Virus record (IMG/VR): IMGVR_UViG_3300027859_000002
Strand: one strand, 5' to 3'
Source of the DNA: a virus
Length of the DNA stretch: 30,199 nucleotides
The position numbers were made by a program, and so were the translations under genes. Of the stretch, positions 22,972 through 30,199 are shown one piece after another; within the stretch, counting starts at the first letter, position 1, and the number at the start of each line of letters is the position of its first letter. The notes under the pieces were generated by a model. That model worked only from the letters and a program-made list of their open reading frames with translations. It did not search any database and was not told where the DNA came from.

Positions 22972-23451
22972 ATGCAAATAGCCATAATCAAAGATAACAA
23001 AGTAGAGAGCATGGGAGAACACAAAGAGTTGTTCTCTAATGTGAGCTTTCCTGAAACTGGCCCATCATCTGATTGGATGACTGAAAACTCTGTAATGCTT
23101 GTAACCATGAGTCGTTCATATGACCGAATGACACAGAAAAGCACTAGCGTAGATCCATACATAGAATCAGGCGTGGTGTACTTGCATAAAATAGAAAGTC
23201 TGACAGACAGTGAAAAGACAGCAGCACAGACAGAAGCAAATAACAGACAGGCAGAGGCACAAAGGGCAGAGCGAAACAGAAGACTAGCAGAGACAGATTG
23301 GATGGCTTGCAGTGATTTAACTATGTCTGAAGATTGGAAAACATACAGGCAAGCTTTAAGAGATATAACTAAACATAGTAACTGGCCTAATTTAAAAGTG
23401 CCTGACATGGATGGATCAGGCGATAACGATTGGCCTGTAAAGCCTAGCTAA
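22972..23451 (+). CDS. Tail-fibre assembly or chaperone-like protein.
   Basis: The C-terminal motif RNRRLAETDWMACSDLTMSEDWKTYRQALRDITKHSNWP matches the tail-assembly-chaperone-like consensus as I recall it (R..LL..SDW....D......W..YR..LRD.....WP). It lies directly after the fibre genes. Confidence 0.65.
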   Translation: MQIAIIKDNKVESMGEHKELFSNVSFPETGPSSDWMTENSVMLVTMSRSYDRMTQKSTSVDPYIESGVVYLHKIESLTDSEKTAAQTEANNRQAEAQRAERNRRLAETDWMACSDLTMSEDWKTYRQALRDITKHSNWPNLKVPDMDGSGDNDWPVKPS

Positions 23452-23594
23452 TGACTAAGCTTTCGCAACACGAAAAAGAGTGCTTGATTCGCTATCAAAA
23501 CATTGAACAGCGAATGAATCGAATTGAGGTGAGTGTTTATGCGCTCTATCCTTTCTTGGTAGGGAGTTTGTTGGCCGCAAAATTCATAGGTTAA
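23451..23594 (+). CDS. Small protein with a C-terminal TM segment (47 aa).
   Basis: Hand-translated: MTKLSQHEKECLIRYQNIEQRMNRIEVSVYALYPFLVGSLLAAKFIG. It has a TAATG overlap with the upstream gene. The antisense ORF 23448..23648 in the track is less plausible. Confidence 0.45.
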   Translation: MTKLSQHEKECLIRYQNIEQRMNRIEVSVYALYPFLVGSLLAAKFIG

Positions 23595-23597
23595 AAA

Positions 23598-24155
23598 ATG
23601 ATCTTTGAAGTAGCCGGGATCATCAGTGCCATTAGCTCGATTAACCAAGCGGTGAGTTTAGCTAGAGACACTCAGCAAACGGCTTCGACAGTCGGAGACA
23701 TGATCTCAAATCTGACAAATGCTGAGTCTCGCATTTTACGATTTGAACAAAAGACAAAAGCTAAACGCCCTTTAACAACTGCTGAGGCGATGAAGATCAG
23801 CCTTGCAAAAAGGGACGCTCAAGCGATTGATCGAAAATTGCATGATATGTGCCTTAGCGTAAATGGAGGCATGGAGCTTTATAGAAACGCTCAAAAGATC
23901 AAGGCAAAGGCTCAGGCAGATCACGCAAAGTTTTTAAAAACAGTTGCAAAAAAACGAGCTGCAAGAAAACAAAGGATCGAGGAGTACGTCACGGCTTTTG
24001 CGGTAGTCTTTGCTATGCTTTTAGTCTTAGGTTTTGCTTATTCTGCTTACGAATATGCTTATAAGCCCTATCAACTCAAAGACGCAAAAGAACGACTGCA
24101 AAAGGCAAAAGAACGCCAAAAAAACATAAGGCAATGCGGCAGGGTGAAATGCTAG
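23598..24155 (+). CDS. Membrane-associated virion or ejection protein candidate (185 aa).
   Basis: ORF track. It has a hydrophobic N-terminus (IFEVAGIISAISSI), a basic coiled-coil middle region and a TM helix (YVTAFAVVFAMLLVLGFAYSAY). The function is inferred from position only. Confidence 0.55.
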   Translation: MIFEVAGIISAISSINQAVSLARDTQQTASTVGDMISNLTNAESRILRFEQKTKAKRPLTTAEAMKISLAKRDAQAIDRKLHDMCLSVNGGMELYRNAQKIKAKAQADHAKFLKTVAKKRAARKQRIEEYVTAFAVVFAMLLVLGFAYSAYEYAYKPYQLKDAKERLQKAKERQKNIRQCGRVKC

Positions 24156-24377
24156 ATGAGCAAGCTCGCTTTCGCCTTAATAGTTTTAATAGACGGCCAG
24201 CAGCAAGAGGTTAGCTATTGGGCCGACATCCTGAGATGCAATCAATTCAGTGAGTGGGTAGAACACGGCCACACTTACGCAAAAGAAAAACGACACAAGA
24301 AAAGAAATTCACAAGTGAACATCACAAGTTATTGTAAACCAGTGTTTGTGAACGCTAATACGAAGTTACTAAACTAA
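24156..24377 (+). CDS. Hypothetical protein (73 aa).
   Basis: ORF track. It directly abuts the upstream stop and has a hydrophobic N-terminus (LAFALIVLI). Confidence 0.5.
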   Translation: MSKLAFALIVLIDGQQQEVSYWADILRCNQFSEWVEHGHTYAKEKRHKKRNSQVNITSYCKPVFVNANTKLLN

Positions 24378-24410
24378 TGTTTACGAACTGGCTTAGAAAA
24401 AAATACTATT

Positions 24411-24788
24411 ATGACTACAAGAATTTTAAGAGATCCAAAAGGAATCAGGGTCAACCCAGAAGCGGAACCCCTGCGTCAAGTAGTGATCGATATGTTCTCC
24501 CTGGTGAAACCTTTTTACTCAAGACAGACAGCAGCCTACACAACAACCGGAGAAGCTGCGCTAGAGATCGTTGAGGTCGATAGTTCAAGTAGTGTGGTAG
24601 TGTCTCTTCACGTTTCACCAAAGGACGGACAACAAGTTATAGTCAAACGCATGGGATCAGGGGCGGTCACCGTAGCTACAGCAGGAGCAGAATTGATAGA
24701 TGGGTCAGCCTCTAAATCGATTGCAAGCCAATATGATGCCTTGAGAGTAGTGTACCTCGATGCGTCAGGCGAGTACGTGGTGATCTGA
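24411..24788 (+). CDS. Hypothetical beta-rich virion-module protein (125 aa).
   Basis: ORF track. Its stop overlaps the next ATG (TGATG). I prefer it to the overlapping ORF 24377..24574, whose product is low-complexity and basic. Confidence 0.55.
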   Translation: MTTRILRDPKGIRVNPEAEPLRQVVIDMFSLVKPFYSRQTAAYTTTGEAALEIVEVDSSSSVVVSLHVSPKDGQQVIVKRMGSGAVTVATAGAELIDGSASKSIASQYDALRVVYLDASGEYVVI

Positions 24789-27430
24789 TGGCAGTAATAA
24801 ATTATGGTAGTTATGGAGAACAAACAGATGTTCCTCGTAGCGATTTTCCAATTTTCATCCCGACAGGGCCGATCTATGGCGATGAACGCTATTACGAAGA
24901 ACAGCAGGATCGGGCTGACGCACAAGATCGCCAAGACTTAATACAAGACATCAGAGAGGGTTTGGTAAATCCTTTTGATCTGACGGATGAACAGCTTAAT
25001 TTTTTCACCAAAGAAACAATGTCTCCAGAGGAGGGAAGGAACAGTTTAGCTCCTTTCTATGGTGTCGATGATCCCGGCTTTCCGAACGGAATCACAAATG
25101 AACAAACGCTTGATTTTGTTCACCAGCAATCCAACAAGTACAAAAACCGAATTGCTGAAATCGTCAACACTGAAGATTTAGATGTCATTGCAGCAGTTGA
25201 ACGACAGCAATCGAGGTTAGAGCAAGGAGGAGATTTAAACGGTGACGGCATCGTTGCAGATGATGCAGAGTGGAAAATCTCACAAACTAATTTACCGCAA
25301 GACGTTAAGTCTCAAGTTTATGATGTTTTAACAACAGTTAATGTTACAACAGTTGACGGAGTTACCGACAAGGAATCAGTCCTCACTCAAGTATTCGGAG
25401 AGAACTGGTCAGACCAAACTGAAGAGGTTCTTAGAGGCGTTTTAGATGTATTCGATGCAAATGACGGCACTCCCATTCGTTATCCAGAAGGAGATCCAAG
25501 AAACGAAGATGCAGACATTGGCGAGGAAGGGACAGAGGTAGGAGACAGAACGCCACAAGAAGGAGATCCAGAAGATCAGGGACAAGAACCGGGAGAGGAG
25601 TTACCGCCAGAAGATGAAGCCCCCGGAGAGGAACCACCTGAAGACGAGTTACCTGAGTTACCTCCTCCTGATGATGATTCAGAAAACGATATTCCTCCCG
25701 GCCCCTCGCAAGAAACAGATGCCGGACAAGAAGATGAGTTTCCTCCTTTTCCTCCTTTCCCAGATGCAGAAGACGATTCAGATCAGCAACCCGAAGATGA
25801 TTTTCCTGAGCTACCTCCTCCTAGCGACACGCCAGATGATACAGGCGATGACACAGTTGAAGAAGAGTTCCCAGAGCTTCCGACTCCTGATGATGACAAT
25901 GAGCCTCCAGTCCAAGATGAGCCGGGAGAGAGTGAGTTACCAGCTGATGATGAAATAGAGTTACCTCCTACTGATGACGAAACCACAGATCAATCTTCAG
26001 AGCCACAGGAAGAATCAGAAGCAGAGGCAGAAACAACAACAGAGGCAGAAGATCAGTCTGATGAACCTACTGATCAATCTCAAGATTTACCACCCGGAGA
26101 GTTGCCCCCAGAAGAAGATCCGCAACCTCCAACAGACGAAGAAGATTTACCACCAACAGATCAACAGCCACCGGGACAACCACCGGGAGACTTGCCACCG
26201 GGAAATCAAAACCCTGAAGGCGAAGACGATTTACCACAATTACCACCACCCGGAGACGGTGGAAGTAGCAACGAGGACGATGACATGGAAGACGATGGTT
26301 TTTTAAATACGCTTGGTGATCTTCTCACTAGAGGCTTAGAAACTGTAGGAGGTGCTTTATCTCAAGCATTTTCTCAAGGCGGTGAAGGCGGTAGCGCATC
26401 AATTAACAATATAATTGATGTGGCAGCGGCAGCCCTTCAAGATCGAAAAGCGACAGAATATTATACGGATGCTTTGCGAGATGCGAGTGATGCTGAGTTA
26501 GCGTTTTTAGAAAACATGATAGCTCGTCAAGAAGTGTTCAGGCCGTTTTATAACGTCGGCACTGGCGATAAAGCTCCGTTTACTGGTTATCAAATTAATC
26601 AACTTAGAAAATTAGTAAATAGAGATCCAAGCTTTCCAGAAGGCCGAATGATTCAGCCAGAGGTCGATATTCTTCCTTTGATTGAAGAAGCAGGAGCTAT
26701 AGAAACAATTGACCCCACACTAAATCAAATCAACGTAGCTGATATGCTTTTAGGCTTAGATACTAGCGGTGGAATCCCTGAAGCAATGAGAACAGACGTC
26801 AATCAAATTGATCCTTTCAACCCACAAGATCCGGCCTTACGATTCTTACAGGATGAAGGTAGACGAGCCATTGAATCTGCTGCTGCTGCTGAAGGCCGAT
26901 TAAATACAGGCGGCACTCTGCAAGAATTACAACAGCAAGCCATCGGAACTGCTGCCCAATACGCAGGAGACTTAGCCGACATTGGAAGGGTTCAGGACGC
27001 AAGCAGACTTGACGCAGATCAACAGTTCTACACGCAGTTATTAGGCTCAGGCAGAGAAGGCGTAGGTCGAGAAATGGATCGGCTCTCAGCCATCTCAGAC
27101 GCTCAAAGACTGCAAGACGAACAAGCCTTGCAAGGAGACATCAGAAGATTTGAGTCTGAGGCTGACAGAGTAGGCGAACAGTTTGATATGTCTCGCTTTG
27201 CAAACCTTGACGCCATCAACCGAGATCAAACGCTCATAGATCAGTTGACTGGACTTGTTGACGTAGGGCGAATCGGTGCAGAAGGGTTGACCGGAAACAC
27301 CTCAGCCTTTTCAACGCTAGGAGGAAACGTGTATTCTCAACTTGGGGATGCTATGGGGTATGAAGGTTTAAAGCGAGGAGATCGATTCAGCAATGCAATC
27401 GGTGGATTATTTTCTAAGGATAACAAGTAA
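24788..27430 (+). CDS. Large ejection or internal virion protein (880 aa) with a hyper-acidic Pro-rich central insert.
   Basis: ORF track. The C-terminal motif DPALRFLQDEGRRAIESAAAAEGRLNTGGTLQELQQQAIGTAAQYAGD resembles a motif I recall in podovirus internal or DNA-transfer proteins (F..EG..A.E.SAAA.G...SG.T...L). The central 272 aa are described separately below. Confidence 0.7.
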   Translation: MAVINYGSYGEQTDVPRSDFPIFIPTGPIYGDERYYEEQQDRADAQDRQDLIQDIREGLVNPFDLTDEQLNFFTKETMSPEEGRNSLAPFYGVDDPGFPNGITNEQTLDFVHQQSNKYKNRIAEIVNTEDLDVIAAVERQQSRLEQGGDLNGDGIVADDAEWKISQTNLPQDVKSQVYDVLTTVNVTTVDGVTDKESVLTQVFGENWSDQTEEVLRGVLDVFDANDGTPIRYPEGDPRNEDADIGEEGTEVGDRTPQEGDPEDQGQEPGEELPPEDEAPGEEPPEDELPELPPPDDDSENDIPPGPSQETDAGQEDEFPPFPPFPDAEDDSDQQPEDDFPELPPPSDTPDDTGDDTVEEEFPELPTPDDDNEPPVQDEPGESELPADDEIELPPTDDETTDQSSEPQEESEAEAETTTEAEDQSDEPTDQSQDLPPGELPPEEDPQPPTDEEDLPPTDQQPPGQPPGDLPPGNQNPEGEDDLPQLPPPGDGGSSNEDDDMEDDGFLNTLGDLLTRGLETVGGALSQAFSQGGEGGSASINNIIDVAAAALQDRKATEYYTDALRDASDAELAFLENMIARQEVFRPFYNVGTGDKAPFTGYQINQLRKLVNRDPSFPEGRMIQPEVDILPLIEEAGAIETIDPTLNQINVADMLLGLDTSGGIPEAMRTDVNQIDPFNPQDPALRFLQDEGRRAIESAAAAEGRLNTGGTLQELQQQAIGTAAQYAGDLADIGRVQDASRLDADQQFYTQLLGSGREGVGREMDRLSAISDAQRLQDEQALQGDIRRFESEADRVGEQFDMSRFANLDAINRDQTLIDQLTGLVDVGRIGAEGLTGNTSAFSTLGGNVYSQLGDAMGYEGLKRGDRFSNAIGGLFSKDNK
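25484..26299 (+). repeat. Low-complexity coding region (aa 233-504): acidic and proline-rich, with a recurring [DE][DE][FL]P[EQ]LP[PT]P[DSG]D motif.
   Basis: Hand count: 104 D/E, 59 P and only 2 K/R in 272 aa. Motif copies: EDELPELPPPDD, EDDFPELPPPSD, EEEFPELPTPDD and EDDLPQLPPPGD. Looser copies: DDEIELPPTDD and EEDLPPTD. Confidence 0.85.
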
Positions 27431-28782
27431 TGGCAAATAGACTTCAAAGAATCATGGCGATGGATCAAATGATGAAAAATCGCAATATGCCTCAGACCGG
27501 GATGCAAAGTGTTTTTAATCCCACAACAGGAACATTTGTAAGCGTACCCTTTCAGACTGATCCTAATTTTAAAGGGCGCAGGACGGTTATGACTCCCTCT
27601 GGCCCTCAAGTGTTACCAGGATTTGAGGGAGTAGAAAACCCTTATCGACAACTAGGTCGAGGCGTCAGGAATCTACTCGGTAACTTGTTTGATCGTGGAT
27701 CGCTCAGACGAGAAGAAAGAAAACGAGAGCAAGGTATGGAACAAGCAGATCAAATGCTCGACACGATGGATCCGTCAGTTCTTCAGCGTCCTGAGTTTGA
27801 TCCAGTACCAGACAATCAAGCAAGAATTGACGAGCTTCAAAAAAGAATCAATCGTCCAATTATGCGTGGCCCTGCGCCCCTGCCTACCTTTGACATTTCT
27901 AGGGTTAGAGGGCAAACAGCAAAACTTTCTCAAGAAGACAAAAATATTGAAAACTTTTTACCTACTGGCGTTACGTCAGACGGAAGAATTGTAAACGGTC
28001 AAACGACTACCAAAGCAACAAGAGAGCAATTACGAACAGCATTACAAGATAGAAAAAGTTTAGAAGGGGTCGATCAAAGAACTAAAGACTTGCGAGGAGA
28101 ATTTAGAAAAGCTACAGATCAGTTTTCAAAAATCGATCAAGCTTTTGGTCGGCTACAAGGAAGTCTTACAGGTACAGGGGCAGGGGATTTGTCTTTAATT
28201 TTCCAATACATGAAGATTTTAGATCCCGGCTCAACAGTAAGAGAGGGAGAGTTTGCAACGGCACAAAATTCAGGAGGCGTGGACGATAAAGTAAGAGGTT
28301 TATATAATCAAATTGTAGACGGAGCGCGTCTCGCTGGTAGTCAAAGAATTGACTTTTACGAACGATCTAAAGATTTATACAACGCTGCAAAAGAGGGATA
28401 TAATTTAAACGTTGCAACTTATAACGATCTGGCAGAAAAGTCTAAAGTCAATAAAAATTTAGTTACTTATGATAGGGCAACGTCAGCAGCAGCAGGAGAT
28501 AAAATAAACATAATTTTAAGTGGATTAGATGAGTCTGAATTGAACTCCCTAACCAATGAAGATTTAAAAAGGTTAGGCGGTCAGGATTTAGTCAATAGAG
28601 TTGCAAAGTTTAAACAAGGTGGAGGTGAAAGTTCTGCTGACCCATTTGGTTTTTCTACCATGCCACTAGTCACGATTGAAAAAATTGCAAGTCAAGATCG
28701 ACAATCTTTATTAGATAGTTATGGTCAAGAGTTTGTAGATGCTTTAGTAGCAGAGTTAACTAGAAGAGACGAGCAAAAATAA
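27430..28782 (+). CDS. Internal virion or ejection-type protein (450 aa).
   Basis: ORF track, with TAATG overlaps at both ends. The core DLSLIFQYMKILDPGSTVREGEFATAQNSGG looks conserved and resembles a motif I recall in podovirus internal proteins. Function is not established. Confidence 0.6.
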   Translation: MANRLQRIMAMDQMMKNRNMPQTGMQSVFNPTTGTFVSVPFQTDPNFKGRRTVMTPSGPQVLPGFEGVENPYRQLGRGVRNLLGNLFDRGSLRREERKREQGMEQADQMLDTMDPSVLQRPEFDPVPDNQARIDELQKRINRPIMRGPAPLPTFDISRVRGQTAKLSQEDKNIENFLPTGVTSDGRIVNGQTTTKATREQLRTALQDRKSLEGVDQRTKDLRGEFRKATDQFSKIDQAFGRLQGSLTGTGAGDLSLIFQYMKILDPGSTVREGEFATAQNSGGVDDKVRGLYNQIVDGARLAGSQRIDFYERSKDLYNAAKEGYNLNVATYNDLAEKSKVNKNLVTYDRATSAAAGDKINIILSGLDESELNSLTNEDLKRLGGQDLVNRVAKFKQGGGESSADPFGFSTMPLVTIEKIASQDRQSLLDSYGQEFVDALVAELTRRDEQK

Positions 28783-30199
28783 TGGCTACTTTACTTGAAG
28801 AAATACGATCTCGAAAAAAGTCAGATAACTCTCAATCTCAAGAATCTGAAATTCCAACTTTAGAGGAATTTGCCCCAACTAGAACTTTGTTAGATGAAGT
28901 TAGAAATCAACAGCCAGATATTGCAAAAGGAAGAAGGCAATTATTTAGATCAATTACGCCTCAAGCAGTTGATGATTTTGTTGACAGATTTCCATCTGAA
29001 ACACCTTTAGACGAATTGTTTAAAGACGTACCGGGAGGGTTAGAAGGAGCGAGAGGCGTGGCAGATGTTGTGCTTTCAGGTGCAACCTCAGTTATTCCTG
29101 CGATTGGTAATGTGGTCGGGACAGTTGAAGGATTTGGAAAAGCTCTATCAGATGGCAGTTTTGGAACACAAGAAGGCGCAAGAGACATTCAAAGAACCGC
29201 AGAGCAAAGGGCTGAAGCGTTTGGTCGTAACCGATTGATTCCTTTTTATGAGCCTTCCTCAGAGGCAGGAAGACAATTACAACAAAATTTAGGTAGATTT
29301 GCTGGAAGATATTTACCTCCAATTTTATCTGGTGGCCCTAGTCAGTTTCTTACTGGCAGACAACCAACAATTACGAAAAAAGAGGAAACTGCAAATAGAA
29401 TTAGATCAGGAGATGAAAGCGCAGAACTTGCTAAAACTAGAATTCCAGATCCCGAAGGTTTTACTAAAGATAAAACAATAGAAAAAGACAGAGAAGCTAT
29501 TGAAACAATAAAACAGGGGCTTGATGAATCTACCGTTCAAATGCTTAAACAGGCGTCTATTGCTGACAAAGAAAGAATGTTAGAAATGCTTAATTTAAGA
29601 TCAAAGGGATTAACTAACAAAAGAGACGAGCAATTAAACAGAGCGCACGATATACCCGGAACAGCACTTTTAAACAATATTAAAAAGTTAAAAATTGCAA
29701 AAACTAAAGCAGGACAAGACGTTGATAAAGAAGCCAACACTTTAAGAGGCGTTTCTATAGATGGCGATCAAGAAATTTTAAATATTGGCAGAAGATTTAT
29801 AAATGATCTTTCAGAACGATTAAACATAAAATTTGATGAAAACTTAAACCCAATTTTTGAAGGCACAACAAGGATTGAAAAAAATCCAACTTCTATGAAA
29901 TTAGTCAAAGACATTTTTGACCTTGCTAAAAATCCGAAAGACGCTAAAGGGTTGCATGATCTCAAACAAGCAGTAAACGAAAAACTTAATTATGATAAAG
30001 CGCAGCCGGGAGGAATTGCCGGGAACACAGAGCAAGTGATTAAAGATTTCAATCGAGATATTAATAATTATTTAAGAAACAAAAGCGACAGTTACGCTAA
30101 AGCAAACGACAACTTTAGTATTCTTGCAGACGCAATAGACAGCATTGAATCTGTTACAGGCAAAAAAACTGATTTTGACTCAATCACAACTGGAAAACA
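28782..30199 (+). CDS. Large late protein, 5' part. It wraps through the contig junction and continues to 530, giving 606 aa on the circular map. Probable internal virion or ejection protein.
   Basis: The ATG at 28782 overlaps the upstream TAA (TAATG). The frame stays open to the window end, so the ORF is missing from the ORF track. Because 30073 equals position 1, the frame continues at position 3 and stops at TAA 528-530 (1,821 nt in total). The gene is AT-rich and I recognised no motif. It is the last of three large ORFs after the tail genes. Confidence 0.7.
   Translation, partial: MATLLEEIRSRKKSDNSQSQESEIPTLEEFAPTRTLLDEVRNQQPDIAKGRRQLFRSITPQAVDDFVDRFPSETPLDELFKDVPGGLEGARGVADVVLSGATSVIPAIGNVVGTVEGFGKALSDGSFGTQEGARDIQRTAEQRAEAFGRNRLIPFYEPSSEAGRQLQQNLGRFAGRYLPPILSGGPSQFLTGRQPTITKKEETANRIRSGDESAELAKTRIPDPEGFTKDKTIEKDREAIETIKQGLDESTVQMLKQASIADKERMLEMLNLRSKGLTNKRDEQLNRAHDIPGTALLNNIKKLKIAKTKAGQDVDKEANTLRGVSIDGDQEILNIGRRFINDLSERLNIKFDENLNPIFEGTTRIEKNPTSMKLVKDIFDLAKNPKDAKGLHDLKQAVNEKLNYDKAQPGGIAGNTEQVIKDFNRDINNYLRNKSDSYAKANDNFSILADAIDSIESVTGKKTDFDSITTGK
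30073..30199. repeat. Terminal overlap, copy 2 (identical to 1-127).
   Basis: Same observation as copy 1. A length of exactly 127 nt is typical of a de Bruijn assembler k-mer overlap on a circular contig. Confidence 0.95.

Noticed and set aside
22932-23408. A 158-aa minus-strand ORF almost exactly antisense to the 159-aa plus-strand ORF.
   Set aside because: The plus-strand product carries the recognisable tail-assembly-chaperone-like C-terminal motif and fits the operon. The antisense product is featureless Ser/Leu/Cys-rich hydrophobic sequence.
24377-24574. A 65-aa ORF overlapping the start of 24411..24788, and a possible frameshift at the A7 run 24397-24403.
   Set aside because: A -1 slip at the A-run would enter the wrong frame. 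The 24411 frame is closed by a TAA at 24375-24377, so no fusion product is possible. The 65-aa product is basic low complexity.
25614-26306. Alternative-frame plus-strand ORFs (114 and 110 aa) and several minus-strand ORFs inside the acidic region of the 880-aa gene.
   Set aside because: They are by-products of the GAA/GAT/CCT-rich low-complexity coding sequence, which is free of stops in the other frames. They have no independent start context.
1-30199. A search by eye for tRNA genes, CRISPR arrays, integrase or attP, reverse transcriptase or DGR elements, and toxin-antitoxin pairs.
   Set aside because: I found no T-loop-like GGTTCGAATCC-type sequences in intergenic regions, no regularly spaced direct repeats, and no ORFs with YxDD, tyrosine- or serine-recombinase motifs. 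Absence judged by eye is weaker than a tRNAscan or HMM result.

Overview
This window is a complete, circularly closed tailed-phage genome. Bases 1-127 are identical to 30073-30199, giving a unit length of 30,072 bp, and one ORF reads in frame through that junction. All protein-family calls below rest on motif recognition by eye and from memory; no searches were run. Layout: (i) A leftward early operon (minus strand, 4216 down to 527) encodes an acidic first gene, a small membrane protein, an ERF-type annealase, a YqaJ-type exonuclease, SSB, and an AT-rich four-gene block containing a minimal TGT/DpdA-like enzyme. (ii) A compact divergent promoter/operator region lies at 4217-4310. (iii) A rightward operon (4311-7782) encodes a small HTH regulator, a possible replication-associated protein, a NinB-like protein, a NinG-like protein split into two ORFs, a lysis cassette (3-TM holin, EF-hand membrane protein, GH24 endolysin), a Q-antiterminator-like protein and a cationic amphipathic micro-ORF. 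(iv) A roughly 200-nt non-coding leader is followed by a late operon of about 22.6 kb (7980 through the junction to 530). It encodes a TerS-like protein, a PBSX/Terminase_3-like TerL, the portal, an inserted block of Lys-rich micro-proteins plus a large composite protein, the scaffold, a P22-type coat protein, a strong terminator, P22 gp4-like and gp10-like proteins, a repeat-rich tail fibre, a triple LamG protein, a fibre chaperone-like protein and three large ejection-type proteins. I found no tRNA, CRISPR array, integrase, DNA polymerase, primase, helicase or methyltransferase. The items most worth follow-up are the orphan TGT-fold enzyme module, the lysis cassette (EF-hand membrane protein, no recognisable spanins, a disruptin-like cationic peptide), a 272-aa hyper-acidic proline-rich insert in an ejection protein, and a compositionally chimeric 596-aa protein in the head module.
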